From Deltaproteobacteria bacterium (GTDB taxonomy: Bacteria > Bdellovibrionota > JACOXK01), in contig JACOXK010000057.1 in the NCBI GenBank assembly GCA_016182335.1, positions 706-64,705 on the forward strand: a stretch of DNA of 64,000 nucleotides, read 5' to 3'. Made by a program: the position numbers and the translations under genes. Position 1 is the first letter of the stretch. Each line of letters starts with the position of its first letter. This document shows, one piece after another, positions 29,137 to 39,029 of the stretch. The notes under the pieces are model-generated. The model had not been told where the DNA came from. It saw only the letters and a list, made by a program, of their open reading frames with translations, and searched no databases.

Positions 29137-32100
29137 TGCCAAAGCGAACTGACATTCATAAAATTTTAATTATCGGATCTGGCCCCATCGTGATTGGTCA
29201 GGCCTGTGAGTTTGATTACTCTGGAACACAAGCCTGTAAAGCGCTTAAAAAAGAAGGTTTCGAAATTGTTCTTGTCAATTCGAACCCTGCAACCATTATG
29301 ACAGACCCGCAAGTGGCAGATAGAACTTATATTGAACCACTAAATATTTCGTTTCTTGAAAAAATTATTGAAAAAGAAAAACCAGATGCGCTTTTACCAA
29401 CATTGGGAGGTCAAACAGCGCTTAATTTAGCAAGAGCCCTTGCTAAAAGTTCATTTCTACAAAAACATGGAGTGTCACTTTTAGGGGCAAGTCTCTCTGC
29501 TATCGAAAAAGCGGAAGATAGAGAGCTCTTTAAAAAGGCCATGCAAGAAATTGGTCTTCAGGTACCCCATAGCTTTACTGTTAAGTCTCTGGCTGAGGCT
29601 TATCGTGCGTTAAATCATTTAAACTTTCCTCTCGTTATCAGGCCTTCTTACACGTTGGGAGGTATGGGTGGCAGTATTGTTTATAATTCACAGGAGTTTA
29701 GTGAATATCTTCAATGGGGATTTAATCAAAGTCCTGTTCACGAAGTTTTAGTAGAGGAATCAGTTTTAGGATGGAAAGAATTTGAGCTCGAAGTCATGCG
29801 CGATAAAGCAGACAATGTCATTATTGTTTGTTCTATTGAAAACTTTGATCCGATGGGTGTTCACACGGGGGATAGTATTACGATTGCACCCCAGCAAACG
29901 CTGTCGGACAAAGAATATCAAGTTTTAAGAGAGGCTGCTAAAAAAATTATACGAAAAATTGGTGTTGAAACGGGTGGATCTAACATTCAATTCGCTGTGC
30001 ATCCAGAAACAGGAAAAATGGTTGTGATTGAAATGAATCCCAGGGTTTCTAGAAGCTCTGCTTTGGCCTCTAAGGCTACAGGCTTTCCGATTGCTAAAAT
30101 CGCAGCTTTGTTAGCTGTGGGGTACACCCTGCCGGAAATTCAAAATGATATTACATTGAAAACGCCTGCGTGTTTTGAGCCTGTATTGGATTACGTAGTA
30201 ACTAAAATTCCTAGGTTTAATTTCGAAAAATTTCCTCTGACCCCACAAGTGCTGACGACTCAAATGAAATCAGTGGGAGAAGTGATGGCAATAGGGCGGA
30301 CATTTAAGGAATCACTTGGTAAGGCGCTTCAATCTTTGGAAGTAAGTGTTCCCTCTTTTTGCGACCTGTCCAAGAATCAGATTAAAGAGCAATTGAACAT
30401 TCCTAGTCATAAAAGAATTTGGCTTATCTATGAAGCGTTTCGAAAGGGGGTTTCAGTCGAAGAGGTAGCACATCTTTCAAAAATTGATCCCTGGTTTTTG
30501 TATCATGTTGAAGAATGTGTGGGGTTAGAAAATGTCATTGCCCATCACAAAATCTGTAGGGATTGGAAAGATATTTTTGCTCACTCAGACAGCGCTCCTC
30601 GGGAGCGACACTCAAGGTCTCTCCCTGCGGTGCGAACTCGCCGCAAAAACACTTCCCAATCCTTTTCAAATTTTGTTAGTCTTTTAAAACAAGCCAAGCA
30701 GTGGGGGTTTTCAGACGCTCATGTTGCAAAACTTTGTCATCAATCACCACAAGACATCGAAAGCTTAAGAATTTGCGAAAACATTCAGCCTGTTTATAAA
30801 GTTATTGATACATGCGCTGGAGAGTTTGAATCTTACACGCCTTACTTATACTCAACTTATGACGATGAAGACGAATCGAAAATAAGTTCAAAAGAGAAAG
30901 TTGTTATTATCGGAAGTGGTCCCAATAGAATTGGTCAGGGAATAGAATTTGATTATTGCTGTGTTCATGCAGTGATGGCATTGAAGGGCATGGGTTACGA
31001 AACGATTATGATCAATTGTAATCCAGAAACTGTGAGCACTGATTATGATACAGCGGATAAGCTTTATTTCGAGCCCTTAACGTTTGAGCATGTTCTTCCC
31101 ATTTTAAAGTTGGAAAATCCTTGTGGAGTTATTGTTCAATTAGGAGGGCAAACCCCTTTGAAACTAGCACAAGAAATTGAAAGGGCTGGATTTAAAATTT
31201 TGGGAACAACGGTGGCAACAATTATGTCTTGTGAAAATCGTGAGTTTTTTTCAAGTATTGTGGAAGAGCTAGGCTTGCGACAGCCTCAACATGAAACGGC
31301 GACTTCAAAAGAGCAAGCTTGCGATGCTGCAGAAAAACTTGCTTTTCCACTTGTGGTGAGGCCCTCTTTTGTTTTGGGCGGGCAATCGATGGAAATCATT
31401 TATGACATGGACAATATGAAACGATATTTGTCTGTCGCCTTTGAAGGGTCCTCTGACAATCCTCTTCTGCTTGATCGCTACATTGAAAATGCAACGGAGG
31501 TTGATGTTGATGTCCTGTGTGATGGAAAAGATGTTTATATTGCTGGGGTTTTAGAACACGTGGAAGAAGCGGGGGTTCACTCAGGTGATAGTAGTTGTTC
31601 GCTTCCCGGGTTTAGTCTTTCTGAAAGTAAAATTAAAAAATTGGAAGAACAAGCAACAGCCATTGCCAAAAAACTACAGATTTGCGGATTGATGAATATT
31701 CAGTTTGCTCTACTGAGTGATTCAATTTATGTCCTGGAAGTTAATCCCAGAGCTTCTCGTACGATTCCATTTATTGCCAAGGTGACAGGTCTTCCCCTTG
31801 TTAAAATAGCTACTGAACTGATGATGGGTAGACCATTGTCATTGCGAGGAGTTCCTTGGGCGACGCGGGAATCTATTCCTTTCTTTGCTGTTAAGCGCTC
31901 TGTATTTCCCTTTATAAAATATCCTCATGAAGACTGTATTTTAGGCCCTCAGATGAAATCTACAGGTGAAATCATGGCGATTGAAAAAAGTTTTCCAATG
32001 GCCTTTGCAAAGGCTGCACAGGCTGTTGATTCCCCACTTCCATCTGAAGGTGCGGTTTTTATAAGTGTTAAGAATGAGGATAAATCACAAGCGTTTGAAG

Positions 32101-32453
32101 TGGCAGCCGAACTTTTGAAATTAGGTTTTTCAATTACAGCAACCCGGGGTACGTGCGAGTATTTTAAGAGCAAAGGGTTACACAGTGTTGCTTCAATTAA
32201 TAAAGTTCTTGAAGGACGTCCTCATATTGTGGATGCGTTGAAAAGTCGGGCACTTCATTTAGTGATTAATACGACAAAAGGTGAGCAAGCTTTGAGGGAT
32301 TCATTTGATATTCGAAGATGTTCTTTGGAACTAAATATTCCTTATTTTACAACTATTTCAGCTGGACTGTGTGCCGTTCAAGCCATTCAGGCAATGAAGC
32401 AAAGAGATTTTGAGATATTTTGCCTGCAGGATCTGCATACCCTTACCTACTAA
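29136..32453 (+). CDS. carB: carbamoyl-phosphate synthase large subunit
   Basis: Two ATP-grasp halves ([22 protein letters not shown] ... [23 protein letters not shown]) and an MGS-like C-terminal domain. 1105 aa. Confidence 0.95.
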   Translation: MPKRTDIHKILIIGSGPIVIGQACEFDYSGTQACKALKKEGFEIVLVNSNPATIMTDPQVADRTYIEPLNISFLEKIIEKEKPDALLPTLGGQTALNLARALAKSSFLQKHGVSLLGASLSAIEKAEDRELFKKAMQEIGLQVPHSFTVKSLAEAYRALNHLNFPLVIRPSYTLGGMGGSIVYNSQEFSEYLQWGFNQSPVHEVLVEESVLGWKEFELEVMRDKADNVIIVCSIENFDPMGVHTGDSITIAPQQTLSDKEYQVLREAAKKIIRKIGVETGGSNIQFAVHPETGKMVVIEMNPRVSRSSALASKATGFPIAKIAALLAVGYTLPEIQNDITLKTPACFEPVLDYVVTKIPRFNFEKFPLTPQVLTTQMKSVGEVMAIGRTFKESLGKALQSLEVSVPSFCDLSKNQIKEQLNIPSHKRIWLIYEAFRKGVSVEEVAHLSKIDPWFLYHVEECVGLENVIAHHKICRDWKDIFAHSDSAPRERHSRSLPAVRTRRKNTSQSFSNFVSLLKQAKQWGFSDAHVAKLCHQSPQDIESLRICENIQPVYKVIDTCAGEFESYTPYLYSTYDDEDESKISSKEKVVIIGSGPNRIGQGIEFDYCCVHAVMALKGMGYETIMINCNPETVSTDYDTADKLYFEPLTFEHVLPILKLENPCGVIVQLGGQTPLKLAQEIERAGFKILGTTVATIMSCENREFFSSIVEELGLRQPQHETATSKEQACDAAEKLAFPLVVRPSFVLGGQSMEIIYDMDNMKRYLSVAFEGSSDNPLLLDRYIENATEVDVDVLCDGKDVYIAGVLEHVEEAGVHSGDSSCSLPGFSLSESKIKKLEEQATAIAKKLQICGLMNIQFALLSDSIYVLEVNPRASRTIPFIAKVTGLPLVKIATELMMGRPLSLRGVPWATRESIPFFAVKRSVFPFIKYPHEDCILGPQMKSTGEIMAIEKSFPMAFAKAAQAVDSPLPSEGAVFISVKNEDKSQAFEVAAELLKLGFSITATRGTCEYFKSKGLHSVASINKVLEGRPHIVDALKSRALHLVINTTKGEQALRDSFDIRRCSLELNIPYFTTISAGLCAVQAIQAMKQRDFEIFCLQDLHTLTY

Positions 32454-32565
32454 GGGGGATATTGATTCTTGTTTATGGAGAAAAAACTCATTTTGTGACC
32501 TATGATTTTTTCAGAGAGAAAAGCAAGTAGAAAGGCAAAAATAAATCTTAATGGAACGACTATCA
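32452..32565. repeat. left copy (R1) of a ~110-bp direct repeat; degenerate duplicate of the 3' end of the gene at 33878..34810
   Basis: It is ~93% identical to 33863-33978 (7 mismatches and 1 indel over 108 bp). The reading frame decays, so it is non-coding here. Confidence 0.7.
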
Positions 32566-32577
32566 TACAAGAAATAC

Positions 32578-32606
32578 TTGCTGTGCCATTTGCTTGAAGC
32601 TATATT
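32578..32606 (+). promoter_or_regulatory. sigma70-like promoter TTGCTG-N17-TATATT upstream of the cassette gene
   Basis: Read directly from the sequence, ~40 nt upstream of the ATG at 32649 (preceded by GGAAAG). Confidence 0.3.
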
Positions 32607-32648
32607 TATTCTGTTTTGATTTCTTTAAAAGTGAAGAATTGGAAAGAA

Positions 32649-33317
32649 ATGAACGAGAATAAGAGTATAAGATCCATGCTGTGGTTCATCGTGTTTTTAT
32701 TCACTATGCTGTTAAATAACACAGCTCTGGGAAAAACTCCGAAGGAGTGTGTAGATTTATTTGATCGGAAAATCAAGCACTTAAAAGGAAAACCAGAATG
32801 CCTATCTTCTTGTCTCGCTGTAACAGTAGATATGGGGACTTTTCTTTGTACATCTACCAATTCTTATTGTCAGGAATATTGCACTCCATGCAAAGATCCT
32901 ATTCTTATTCATTTTGACGGGAAAAATCTCAAAATTATTCGAAATTGCTCCAAAGTTCTGGGTGCATGGAAAGCTGTATCTGGGGGAGCAAATGGAAGTG
33001 AAGTCATTTTTCCGTGGACTAAAATCCAAGGCGGGCCGGTACCGAAAGGCAGGTGCTTCATTAATCCGAAGGAAATAACCGAACCCTCACTTAAAAGACC
33101 TATTTTCTTTTTTAGTCAAGCATCATGGGGGAAATTTAGAGTTCCGTTACACCCGGAGAAAGAAATGAATGTCTTCGGAAGGGGTGGTTTTTTCATTCAT
33201 GGAGGTAGAGAGTATGGAAGCGCAGGCTGTATTGATCTTGATGATCACGAGCTACCCTTTTTTACTTGGCTCAAAAAACAGACTGGCATTATCCCAGTTG
33301 AGATCAAATATGAGTAG
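32649..33317 (+). CDS. secreted Cys-rich protein with L,D-transpeptidase-like (YkuD/DUF2778-like) C-terminal domain
   Basis: Signal peptide MNENKSIRSMLWFIVFLFTMLLNNTALG, then a Cys-rich segment with 10 Cys in ~60 aa. The C-terminal FFIHGGREYGSAGCIDL matches the His...Gly-Cys catalytic signature of L,D-transpeptidase-fold enzymes. Confidence 0.5.
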   Translation: MNENKSIRSMLWFIVFLFTMLLNNTALGKTPKECVDLFDRKIKHLKGKPECLSSCLAVTVDMGTFLCTSTNSYCQEYCTPCKDPILIHFDGKNLKIIRNCSKVLGAWKAVSGGANGSEVIFPWTKIQGGPVPKGRCFINPKEITEPSLKRPIFFFSQASWGKFRVPLHPEKEMNVFGRGGFFIHGGREYGSAGCIDLDDHELPFFTWLKKQTGIIPVEIKYE

Positions 33318-33843
33318 TTCATGGAAACTCTTAATCTTCTTTTTTTTTATGTCGCCATTGCCAATCACGACTATTTACGCAAAAGATCCTGCATTATTAA
33401 GTCCCAGTGAAGTACTCAGCCTTAAACCTGGTACAAAGGAATTAAAACAAAGGCTCATGTGGGAATATCCAAAACTGACTGATCCAAATGAACTTTATTC
33501 CGGAATGCTCGACGTTTTAAAATGGTATCCCAATGACCAAGAGTGGATTAACCTTTTTGGGAAACTACTTCGTGATAAGAAAAGAAGAATCTACGCCATG
33601 ATAGCTCTTGGCAAATATAAATCTCGAAAATATGAAAAACAAATTTATGCCATTTGTATTGATAAAGGGAAAGTAGTCTGGGAAGCATTTCAAAGTTTAT
33701 TTGAAATGAATTCTCCCTATCTGTTAAAAGCTGTGGAAAAGGCAAAAAGCCAGGCTTCAAATGAAACAAACATTAAAGAATCTAGAAAACTTCTCGAGAC
33801 TATTGAAAAGAAATATTATGAGCGCCAGAGGCGCCCAAAATGA
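33310..33843 (+). CDS. secreted HEAT/PBS-lyase-repeat-like protein (candidate immunity/partner protein)
   Basis: Starts at ATG 33310 (MSSSWKLLIFFFFMSPLPITTIYA is a signal peptide), overlapping the stop of the upstream gene by 8 nt. The rest is helical repeat-like. The N-terminal part of the track ORF is out of the real gene. Confidence 0.45.
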   Translation: MSSSWKLLIFFFFMSPLPITTIYAKDPALLSPSEVLSLKPGTKELKQRLMWEYPKLTDPNELYSGMLDVLKWYPNDQEWINLFGKLLRDKKRRIYAMIALGKYKSRKYEKQIYAICIDKGKVVWEAFQSLFEMNSPYLLKAVEKAKSQASNETNIKESRKLLETIEKKYYERQRRPK

Positions 33844-33862
33844 CAAAGCAGTTCTACTCCCG

Positions 33863-33978
33863 CTAAGCCGATATTGATTACTGTTTATGGAGAAAAAACC
33901 TCATTTTGTCACCTATGATTTTTTCAGAGAGAAAAACAAGTAAAAAAGCAAAAATAAATCTTAATGGAACGACGATCA
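33863..33978. repeat. right copy (R2) of the ~110-bp direct repeat; constitutes the genuine 3' end of the gene at 33878..34810
   Basis: See R1. Here the repeat is in frame and encodes the C-terminal ...LVFLSEKIIGDKMRFFLHKQ. Confidence 0.7.
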
Positions 33979-34810
33979 GAAAAGGAGCGCCTATCATCAT
34001 TACAAGAGCACTGTCCTCAATGTAGCTATGCGAAATACCCAGTAATAAATGGGAAAAAAGGATTTCTCTATGAGTGATTGCTCCTGAATGAGATTGCTCA
34101 ATGATGAGACCACCGCCATAGGCAAGACCAAGAGTCAATCCAATGACAACAGTGGGGATAGCGTGCGACCCAATTCCAAGAGGTTTTAAAACTGGATGAA
34201 GAAAACGGGTTAAATATTTTGTAAAACCTAAAAGTTCTAGAATATTGAGAACCCCAACAAGCAGGGTGATGATGAGAAAAATAAGAAATAGCTGCCATGC
34301 TTGGTGAAGCACCGTATTGAATAATGGAGATGAGACCCACAGGGCTTGTGAAACTTTCCAAGTAATAACGGTTGAGTCTTGAAATAACCCTAACTTTTTA
34401 AAAATGAGAGAGGCAAACATTCCAAAAAGAAATGAAGAAAAAATTCTAAAGAATAAAATGGGAAGTATCTTTAAACCTGATTTATGTGCAATTTTGATCT
34501 CAACGAGTAAATTGTGTGCCATAAGCATCATCGTTCCTAGAATGCCAACCTCAGCAGCATTGAGAGGCGCATGGCTCGCTATTGTTGCATAAGCTGTAAT
34601 ACCCCCGTAAATATTGGTAATCATTGCTGAAGCCAATACAATCCCCATGTCTCCAGAGAGCCCAACGATATTCATGAGAGGAGAAAGAAGATTTCCTAAT
34701 ATTTCTATGGCACCTATGCGTTTTAAAATCTCAATAATGAAAATAAGTGGAATAAGGATTTTATAGAGTGAAAAAGTAATACGCCAAGATTTGTGTAGCC
34801 AGAGTTTCAT
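33878..34810 (-). CDS. polytopic membrane protein, nucleoside-recognition (Gate) domain family
   Basis: 310 aa with ~8 predicted TM helices. Gly-rich membrane segments typical of Gate-domain (YjiH/SpmA-like) proteins. Confidence 0.45.
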   Translation of the reverse strand: MKLWLHKSWRITFSLYKILIPLIFIIEILKRIGAIEILGNLLSPLMNIVGLSGDMGIVLASAMITNIYGGITAYATIASHAPLNAAEVGILGTMMLMAHNLLVEIKIAHKSGLKILPILFFRIFSSFLFGMFASLIFKKLGLFQDSTVITWKVSQALWVSSPLFNTVLHQAWQLFLIFLIITLLVGVLNILELLGFTKYLTRFLHPVLKPLGIGSHAIPTVVIGLTLGLAYGGGLIIEQSHSGAITHREILFSHLLLGISHSYIEDSALVMMIGAPFLIVVPLRFIFAFLLVFLSEKIIGDKMRFFLHKQ

Positions 34811-34812
34811 TA

Positions 34813-37800
34813 TTATATTTTTTCAAGTGACAGCTCAATTTTTTCACCATCAATTTCAAAAGTCTCAGTGTGTTGCAGCCCTGTTTTTTCAACGGCATTG
34901 ATAGAACGGGCAAGGACCTGGGACTGGATATAATTTTTATTTTTTTCAATGGCCTCTGCCAGACGGTTAGTACCTCTGTATTGAAGCTGAATGCGATCAT
35001 CCAGGTTCAAGTTTGCATTTTTTCTCATTTTTTGAATGCGACTGACAATCTCTCTGCTCTGCCCCTCAAGAATTTGTTCTTGATCGATAGTTGGATCTAA
35101 ATCAATAGTAATAAATTGATTAGAAGAAGACATTTCATGTCCTTTTTGTTGTTGTCTTTGAATCTGAATATCGTTTGATGATATTTTTTCGCCAGAAATA
35201 GTGAGAACCTCTCCAGCTTCTAATTTCAAAATATCTTCGTGTGAAAGGGTTGAGAGAGACTTGATGATGTTCTTCATTTTTGAGCCGAATCTGGGGCCTA
35301 AGATTTTGTGATTGGGGGTAGCCTGAAGTTTGATAAACATCGATTCATGTGAGTCGTAGACGATAGTTTTAACATTTAATTCTTCTCTGATAGCTTCTTC
35401 AAGTTCTGAATACCTCTGTGAAAAGAGCTTTAATACACTTGGGTCTCTATGAATAATCGTTAAGCTTTTCAATGGAATTTTAATTTTAGCTCCAATTTTT
35501 TCTCTGAGATTGCGTCCCATGACTAAAATATTTTGCATGCGTGCTATGGTATTTTCTAAATCTAAATCAATAAGATCAGTTTTTCTCTGCGGCACAAAAT
35601 CTAAGTGGACACTAGTTTTTTTCTCACTCGCTGCAATCCAAAGTTGTTGGTAAATTCTTTCACTGAGGAAAGGCGTAAATGGAGCCATAATTTTTGTAAA
35701 TTGAAGAAGTACTTCATACAAAGTTTCAAAAGCACATTTTTTATCTTCAGAGGCTTCTTCAGACCAAAATCTTTTGCGATTAATTCTTATATAAGTGTTT
35801 GTAAGTTCTTCAATAAAATCCAGAAGAATAGGTACGACATTATAAACATGGTATTTTTCCATTTCCTCTTGATAACGCTGAATGAGAGTTTGAAGACGAG
35901 ACAAGATCCAGCGATCAAAGATATTTAATACCCTCTCCCCTTGAGGCAGTGGGCTAGGGTGAGGGGTGAACTTCTCTATCTGTGCATAACTCATGAAAAA
36001 AGAATAACTATTCCACCACTTGAGCAGTACCCTTCGGACAACATCCTCAACTCCTTTTTCGCTGAATCGAAACTCTTCAGCACGTACTGCTGGTGAGTTA
36101 ATCAGGTAAAGTCTCAAGGCATCAGCTCCGTATTTTTCTAATACCAGAGAAGGATCTGGGTAGTTTTTCAGACGTTTGCTCATCTTCTTGCCATCTTCAG
36201 CAAGAAGAAGGCCGTTCACAATGACGTTTTTGAAGGGAGATTTTTTAAAGAGAATACTTCCAAGAACGGAAAGCGTATAAAACCAGCCACGCGTTTGATC
36301 GAGTCCTTCAGCGATAAAGTCAGCAGGAAAGTTTTTTTCAAAATCTTTTTTATTTTCAAAAGGATAGTGCGCTTGGGCATAGGGCATGGAGCCGCTTTCA
36401 AACCAACAATCAAGAACCTCAGAGACTCTTTTATAAACACCTTTTTCTCCATTGATGGAGAAAGAAGCTGTATCGATAAAGTGTCTATGAATGTCAGAAA
36501 ACTTTCTTTGGGTGCGTTTTTCAAGTTCTTCGAGAGACCCAATGCAGATGGTTTTTCCTGATACTTCATTTTTCCACACAGGTATGGGACAACCCCAATA
36601 GCGGTTTCTAGAAATGGCCCAGTCTCTAGCGCCTTCCAACCACTTTCCAAAACGTCCTAATTTAAGATGCTCTGGAACCCAATTTGTTTTTCCATTGCAT
36701 TCAATAAGTAGCTTTTTTATTTCTTCAACTTTAATAAACCAAGAACAAATAGCTCGATAGATAAGGGGTGTTTCTGATCTCCAGCAAAAAGGATAGCTAT
36801 GTTGAATGGTTTCTTGACGGAGGAGCAGGCCTCTTTCCTTCAATATCTGAATAATGCTTTTATCAGTATCTTTAACATACATTCCCTTGTAATGAAAAAC
36901 CTCTTGAGTAAATTTGCCATCGTCATCGATGGGGCACACAATGGGGATGTTATTCTTCTGACATACCTGAAAATCATCCTCACCAAAACCGGGCGCCATG
37001 TGTACGATGCCCGTTCCATCTTCCATAGTGACAAACTCAGCTGAAAGAATTGCAAATGCATTTTCAGTTTTTACAAAATAAGGGAAAAGGGGTTTGTATC
37101 CCCTCCCTACTAGTTTTTTTCCAGGGAATTTTTCTTTGATTTCAAAGAGATCTGAATCTGGATAGTAAATAGAAAGCCGCTTATGTGCCAAAATAAAATT
37201 TTTAGAGAGTTTTTTATCATAAATTTCAATGTATTCTTCTTCAGGGTGAACAGTTAACGCTAGATTGCTAGGAAGTGTCCAGGGTGTTGTCGTCCAAGCC
37301 AAGAAGAAAGTATTATCCTGTTCAACACTTTCGAACAGAACAGTTAATGAGGGACTTTGAATTTCTTTATAATTCAAATTTGCTTCAAAATTAGAAAGTG
37401 GGGTTGTACAGGCTGTTGAATAAGGCATTACTTTATAACCTTCATAAATCAGCCCTTGGTTCCAAATTGATTTAAAAACCCACCATACGGATTCCATATA
37501 TTTCAAATCCATTGTTTTGTAGGAGTTATTAAAGTTGACCCATCGGCCTATTCGACGAATTGTTTTTTCCCACTCTTGCGTATATTTCAACACAATGCTT
37601 CGGCAGGATTCGTTGTATTTATCGATACCAAAGTCTTCGATAGCTTTGCGACTTTCTAATCCCAGAGATTTATCGATTTCATGTTCCACTGGTAAGCCAT
37701 GACAGTCCCACCCAAAGCGCCTTTCAACTCGATAGCCTTTCATGGTCCAGTAACGAGGTATAACGTCTTTTAAAATGTTTGGAATAAAATGACCGTAATG

Positions 37801-37962
37801 GGGAAGACCCGTGGCAAATGGAGGACCGTCAAAAAAAACAAACTGTTGAGAAGTAGGACGCTCTTCAACGCTTTTTTCAAAAATGTGTTCTTTGTCCCAA
37901 AAATCAAGTATTTCGTGTTCGGCTTTCGGGAAGTCTATGGATGGGGCGAATTTATCTATCAT
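34813..37962 (-). CDS. ileS: isoleucyl-tRNA synthetase, type 2 (eukaryote/archaeal-like)
   Basis: FVFFDGPPFATGLPHYGH (the HYGH form of the HIGH motif, typical of type-2 IleRS), KMSKRLKN (KMSKS), editing domain. 1049 aa. Confidence 0.95.
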   Translation of the reverse strand: MIDKFAPSIDFPKAEHEILDFWDKEHIFEKSVEERPTSQQFVFFDGPPFATGLPHYGHFIPNILKDVIPRYWTMKGYRVERRFGWDCHGLPVEHEIDKSLGLESRKAIEDFGIDKYNESCRSIVLKYTQEWEKTIRRIGRWVNFNNSYKTMDLKYMESVWWVFKSIWNQGLIYEGYKVMPYSTACTTPLSNFEANLNYKEIQSPSLTVLFESVEQDNTFFLAWTTTPWTLPSNLALTVHPEEEYIEIYDKKLSKNFILAHKRLSIYYPDSDLFEIKEKFPGKKLVGRGYKPLFPYFVKTENAFAILSAEFVTMEDGTGIVHMAPGFGEDDFQVCQKNNIPIVCPIDDDGKFTQEVFHYKGMYVKDTDKSIIQILKERGLLLRQETIQHSYPFCWRSETPLIYRAICSWFIKVEEIKKLLIECNGKTNWVPEHLKLGRFGKWLEGARDWAISRNRYWGCPIPVWKNEVSGKTICIGSLEELEKRTQRKFSDIHRHFIDTASFSINGEKGVYKRVSEVLDCWFESGSMPYAQAHYPFENKKDFEKNFPADFIAEGLDQTRGWFYTLSVLGSILFKKSPFKNVIVNGLLLAEDGKKMSKRLKNYPDPSLVLEKYGADALRLYLINSPAVRAEEFRFSEKGVEDVVRRVLLKWWNSYSFFMSYAQIEKFTPHPSPLPQGERVLNIFDRWILSRLQTLIQRYQEEMEKYHVYNVVPILLDFIEELTNTYIRINRKRFWSEEASEDKKCAFETLYEVLLQFTKIMAPFTPFLSERIYQQLWIAASEKKTSVHLDFVPQRKTDLIDLDLENTIARMQNILVMGRNLREKIGAKIKIPLKSLTIIHRDPSVLKLFSQRYSELEEAIREELNVKTIVYDSHESMFIKLQATPNHKILGPRFGSKMKNIIKSLSTLSHEDILKLEAGEVLTISGEKISSNDIQIQRQQQKGHEMSSSNQFITIDLDPTIDQEQILEGQSREIVSRIQKMRKNANLNLDDRIQLQYRGTNRLAEAIEKNKNYIQSQVLARSINAVEKTGLQHTETFEIDGEKIELSLEKI

Positions 37963-38031
37963 GAATAGTGTCGAGACCTAACAGGCACAGATCTTGTTGT
38001 CATCTTATAGAAAGAATGTAAGATAAAAGAT

Positions 38032-38526
38032 ATGAGAATTCAATACCTTATCCTATTAACACTGTCTGGCTTCGTTGTAGCACTTGATCAAGTAACAAAA
38101 CTTTATGTTTCATCTCATTATCTACTTGGACAGACATTAGTTATCCTTGAGAACGTACTTCATGTAACTTACAGCAAGAATGTTGCTGGGATGTTTGATA
38201 TGTTTCAAAGTGTTTCTGAAGGGATACGTCTTTTTTTCTTTCTTCTGATTCCAGCCATAGCAATTGTCTTTATTTTAGGTGTGGTTATTAAGTATAAAAA
38301 TCTAGCTCTTGGATCAACGATTGGTTTTTCTCTCATTGTAGGTGGTGCTTTGGGAAATATGTTAGATCGAATTCGATTTCAATCGGTGATTGGTTTTCTT
38401 GATTTTGCATTTTTACCAAAAAGACATCCTATGAATGTGGCTGATTTCTTCCTTCTTTTGGGAGGAGCCATTTTGTTTGTTTGTATTGTGCGATCAAAAT
38501 TTTTAGCACAAGATAAAATCTTATGA
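38032..38526 (+). CDS. lspA: lipoprotein signal peptidase II paralog
   Basis: LspA boxes VALDQVTK, NVAGMFDMF (N-x-G-x-x-F), IGFLDFAF, MNVADFFLLLG (FNVAD-like). 164 aa with 4 TM. Confidence 0.65.
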   Translation: MRIQYLILLTLSGFVVALDQVTKLYVSSHYLLGQTLVILENVLHVTYSKNVAGMFDMFQSVSEGIRLFFFLLIPAIAIVFILGVVIKYKNLALGSTIGFSLIVGGALGNMLDRIRFQSVIGFLDFAFLPKRHPMNVADFFLLLGGAILFVCIVRSKFLAQDKIL

Positions 38527-39029
38527 AAAAAACATATTTTCTTATACCGTGGGTTTCTTTTTGGGTGGTTTTAGATCAAGTTACCAAGTATTTGATTAGC
38601 GTTAAACTAGAGTTACACGAATCTCTCGCTCTCATTCCGGGTTTTTTAAGTTTTACATTTATTTATAATGAGGGTGGAGCTTTTGGTTTTCTATCAGGGC
38701 AATCTGAAGTGTTAAGAAATCTTATTTTTGTACTCATTCCTATTTTCGTTATTGGACTGATTGTTTACCTGTGCATCAAAGCACCTTCCCACCAAAAGTT
38801 GCATATTGTAAGTCTTGGACTTGTTTTGGCTGGGGCTTTTGGGAATATGATTGATCGTTTATGGTTAGGAAAGGTTCGGGATTTCATTGATTTTGACTTA
38901 AGTTTTATCCTTGGTTTTTTCTACCATTGGCCTGCTTTCAATGTTGCAGATTCGACGATCTGTGTTGGGGTTTTTCTCTTGGCGTATCACATGCTTTTTC
39001 TTGATAAGAAAGACTCTGCATCCTTATGA
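38523..39029 (+). CDS. lspA: lipoprotein signal peptidase II
   Basis: VVLDQVTK, IYNEGGAFGF, VRDFIDFDL, FNVADSTICVG are the canonical LspA motifs. 168 aa. Confidence 0.8.
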   Translation: MKKTYFLIPWVSFWVVLDQVTKYLISVKLELHESLALIPGFLSFTFIYNEGGAFGFLSGQSEVLRNLIFVLIPIFVIGLIVYLCIKAPSHQKLHIVSLGLVLAGAFGNMIDRLWLGKVRDFIDFDLSFILGFFYHWPAFNVADSTICVGVFLLAYHMLFLDKKDSASL

